From Gemmatimonadota bacterium (GTDB lineage: Bacteria; Gemmatimonadota; Gemmatimonadetes; Palauibacterales; Palauibacteraceae), in assembly GCA_039588215.1 (NCBI GenBank), contig JBDHAD010000002.1, positions 2,036 through 66,035 of the forward strand: a DNA stretch of 64,000 bases, read 5' to 3'. Below the pieces are notes generated by a model. It saw only the letters and a program-made list of their open reading frames with translations, did no database searches and was not told the DNA's origin. Both the position numbers and the translations under genes were made by a program. This document shows, piece after piece, positions 63,052-64,000 of this stretch; the stretch's first letter is position 1; each line of letters opens with the position of its first letter.

Positions 63052-63900
63052 CTAGTGGCGACGCAGGAAATAAAAGCAGCGGTGGTCTGCGGCTCCTCTG
63101 TGGAAGCTCTGCACCGTGTAGCCTCTTCCCAGGTAGTGGAGGAACGCCCGCCGGGTCGAGACCCGCCAACGCTGGGCGTCCCTCGGCGAGTGGGTCGCCA
63201 GCTCGCCCGCGTCGCAGGGGATCTCGATCAGCACCGAGCTCGTCTCGGGCAACTCCGGAGCCCCGGACAGGCGCTCGCTCGGGTCGGGTGGAGCGACGAT
63301 GGGCGCCTCGACGGCGGCCTCGTTGGTCTGTGTCTGCTCACCCTCGATCGCCCAGAGCGTCCTCTGGCTCGCCAGCTCCCACTGTACGATGAGGCGGTCG
63401 GTGTCTCCCATGGAATGAAGCGGACTTCCCGTCTCGCGTCCGTACATGTTGGGGGCGTAGCCCGCGATGTCGACGCCGAGCCGGTTCAGGTTCAGGTGGG
63501 CGTTGCGAGCGATGAGGGGGTCGAACGTCCAGAAGACCCTCTCCACTCCCTTCTTCAGCAGCTCCTCCCTTTGAAAGAGCTTGAGACGTCGGCCCAGCCC
63601 ACGGCCTCTAGCCTCCAGGTGTACGGCCAACATGTGCGACCAGTGGACGGGCACCTCGTCGCGCGTCCCCTGCAGGCTGAACACGAAACCCGCGAGTCGA
63701 TCGTCCTCCGTGAAGGCTCCCGCAACGAGTCCGCCGACCTTCTGCGACACGAAGAGCAGGGAAGCCGGAACGAACTCCAGGAACGCGTCGCCCCAAGTCG
63801 TGCGCTGCAGTTCCACGCAGGCTTCGAACTCCACCAGGCGTTCCAGGTGTCTGAGGCTGAAGGCACCTTTAGCCGGGGGCGCGGCCGGTCTGTTCGTCAT
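63052..63900 (-). CDS. GNAT-like acetyltransferase-fold protein (COG3375-like), function unknown
   Basis: 282 aa. HMLAVHLEARGRGLGRRLKLFQRE (acetyl-CoA-binding-type R/Q-x-x-G-x-G/A motif) and FWTFDPL.ARNAHLNL. Confidence 0.7.
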   Translation of the reverse strand: MTNRPAAPPAKGAFSLRHLERLVEFEACVELQRTTWGDAFLEFVPASLLFVSQKVGGLVAGAFTEDDRLAGFVFSLQGTRDEVPVHWSHMLAVHLEARGRGLGRRLKLFQREELLKKGVERVFWTFDPLIARNAHLNLNRLGVDIAGYAPNMYGRETGSPLHSMGDTDRLIVQWELASQRTLWAIEGEQTQTNEAAVEAPIVAPPDPSERLSGAPELPETSSVLIEIPCDAGELATHSPRDAQRWRVSTRRAFLHYLGRGYTVQSFHRGAADHRCFYFLRRH

Positions 63901-64000
63901 GGGCTCGGCGCGGGGCTGTCGGAACTCCCGCGTGGGGCAAGCTCCTCGGTGCGCACGGTGAGATCATCGATCCTATCGACGTTCACGTCGACCCCCAATC
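63897..64000 (-). CDS. 3' end of an unidentified gene (partial, runs off the window)
   Basis: Open frame from the window edge (..GVDVNVDRIDDLTVRTEELAPRGSSDSPAPSP*). Its TGA overlaps the GNAT-like ATG (ATGA). Confidence 0.35.
   Translation of the reverse strand, partial: LGVDVNVDRIDDLTVRTEELAPRGSSDSPAPSP

Noticed and set aside
1-64000. CRISPR arrays, tRNA/rRNA genes, IS elements, integrases, and phage or known defence-system genes.
   Set aside because: I saw no regularly spaced direct repeats, no cloverleaf-compatible intergenic sequence, and no transposase, recombinase, helicase-nuclease or restriction-enzyme motifs in any supported ORF. Small ncRNAs cannot be excluded without covariance-model scans.

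Overview
High-GC (by eye) bacterial chromosomal window, densely coding on both strands. I can support about 58 protein-coding genes, 2 gene remnants or pseudogenes, and a few hairpins and operator-like sites. I recognised no rRNA, tRNA, CRISPR array, transposase or integrase. Most of the long six-frame ORFs are antisense or alternate-frame artefacts of the high GC content and were discarded. Most content is housekeeping or accessory metabolism: an SLC13 permease, tandem ZIP metal transporters, several peptidases (M1, M50, S9, S33-like), an ArsR-SRPBCC pair, an ECF sigma operon, an AGCS symporter, an ABC-2 exporter, vapBC, and a PadR operon. The most interesting region is 34.6-50.8 kb. There a glycogen locus (GH57, glgA, glgB ... 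glgP) is split by a seven-gene block at 40318-48614. The block holds three paralogous ~405-aa ATP-grasp ligases, a peptidase-S51-like protein, two G-A-S-x-G serine esterases and a fourth, divergent ATP-grasp-like protein, with translational coupling between several members. I propose, as inference only, that this is an uncharacterised NRPS-independent ligase and hydrolase system for a small peptide or storage-type polymer, linked to carbon-storage metabolism. Other notable points:
- An in-frame TGA replaces a conserved Trp codon in a two-domain VOC/glyoxalase gene.
- A 5' remnant of an FMN-dependent alpha-hydroxy-acid oxidase sits next to an orphan hicB.
- An intact paralogue of that oxidase carries a twin-arginine signal.
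- An M50 protease is fused to an unknown N-terminal domain.
- A translationally coupled ferredoxin / Cys-rich gene pair has no known function.
- A composite AT-rich palindrome lies upstream of padR.
All family calls come from motif recognition by eye, with no database search. Start codons are frequently ambiguous.
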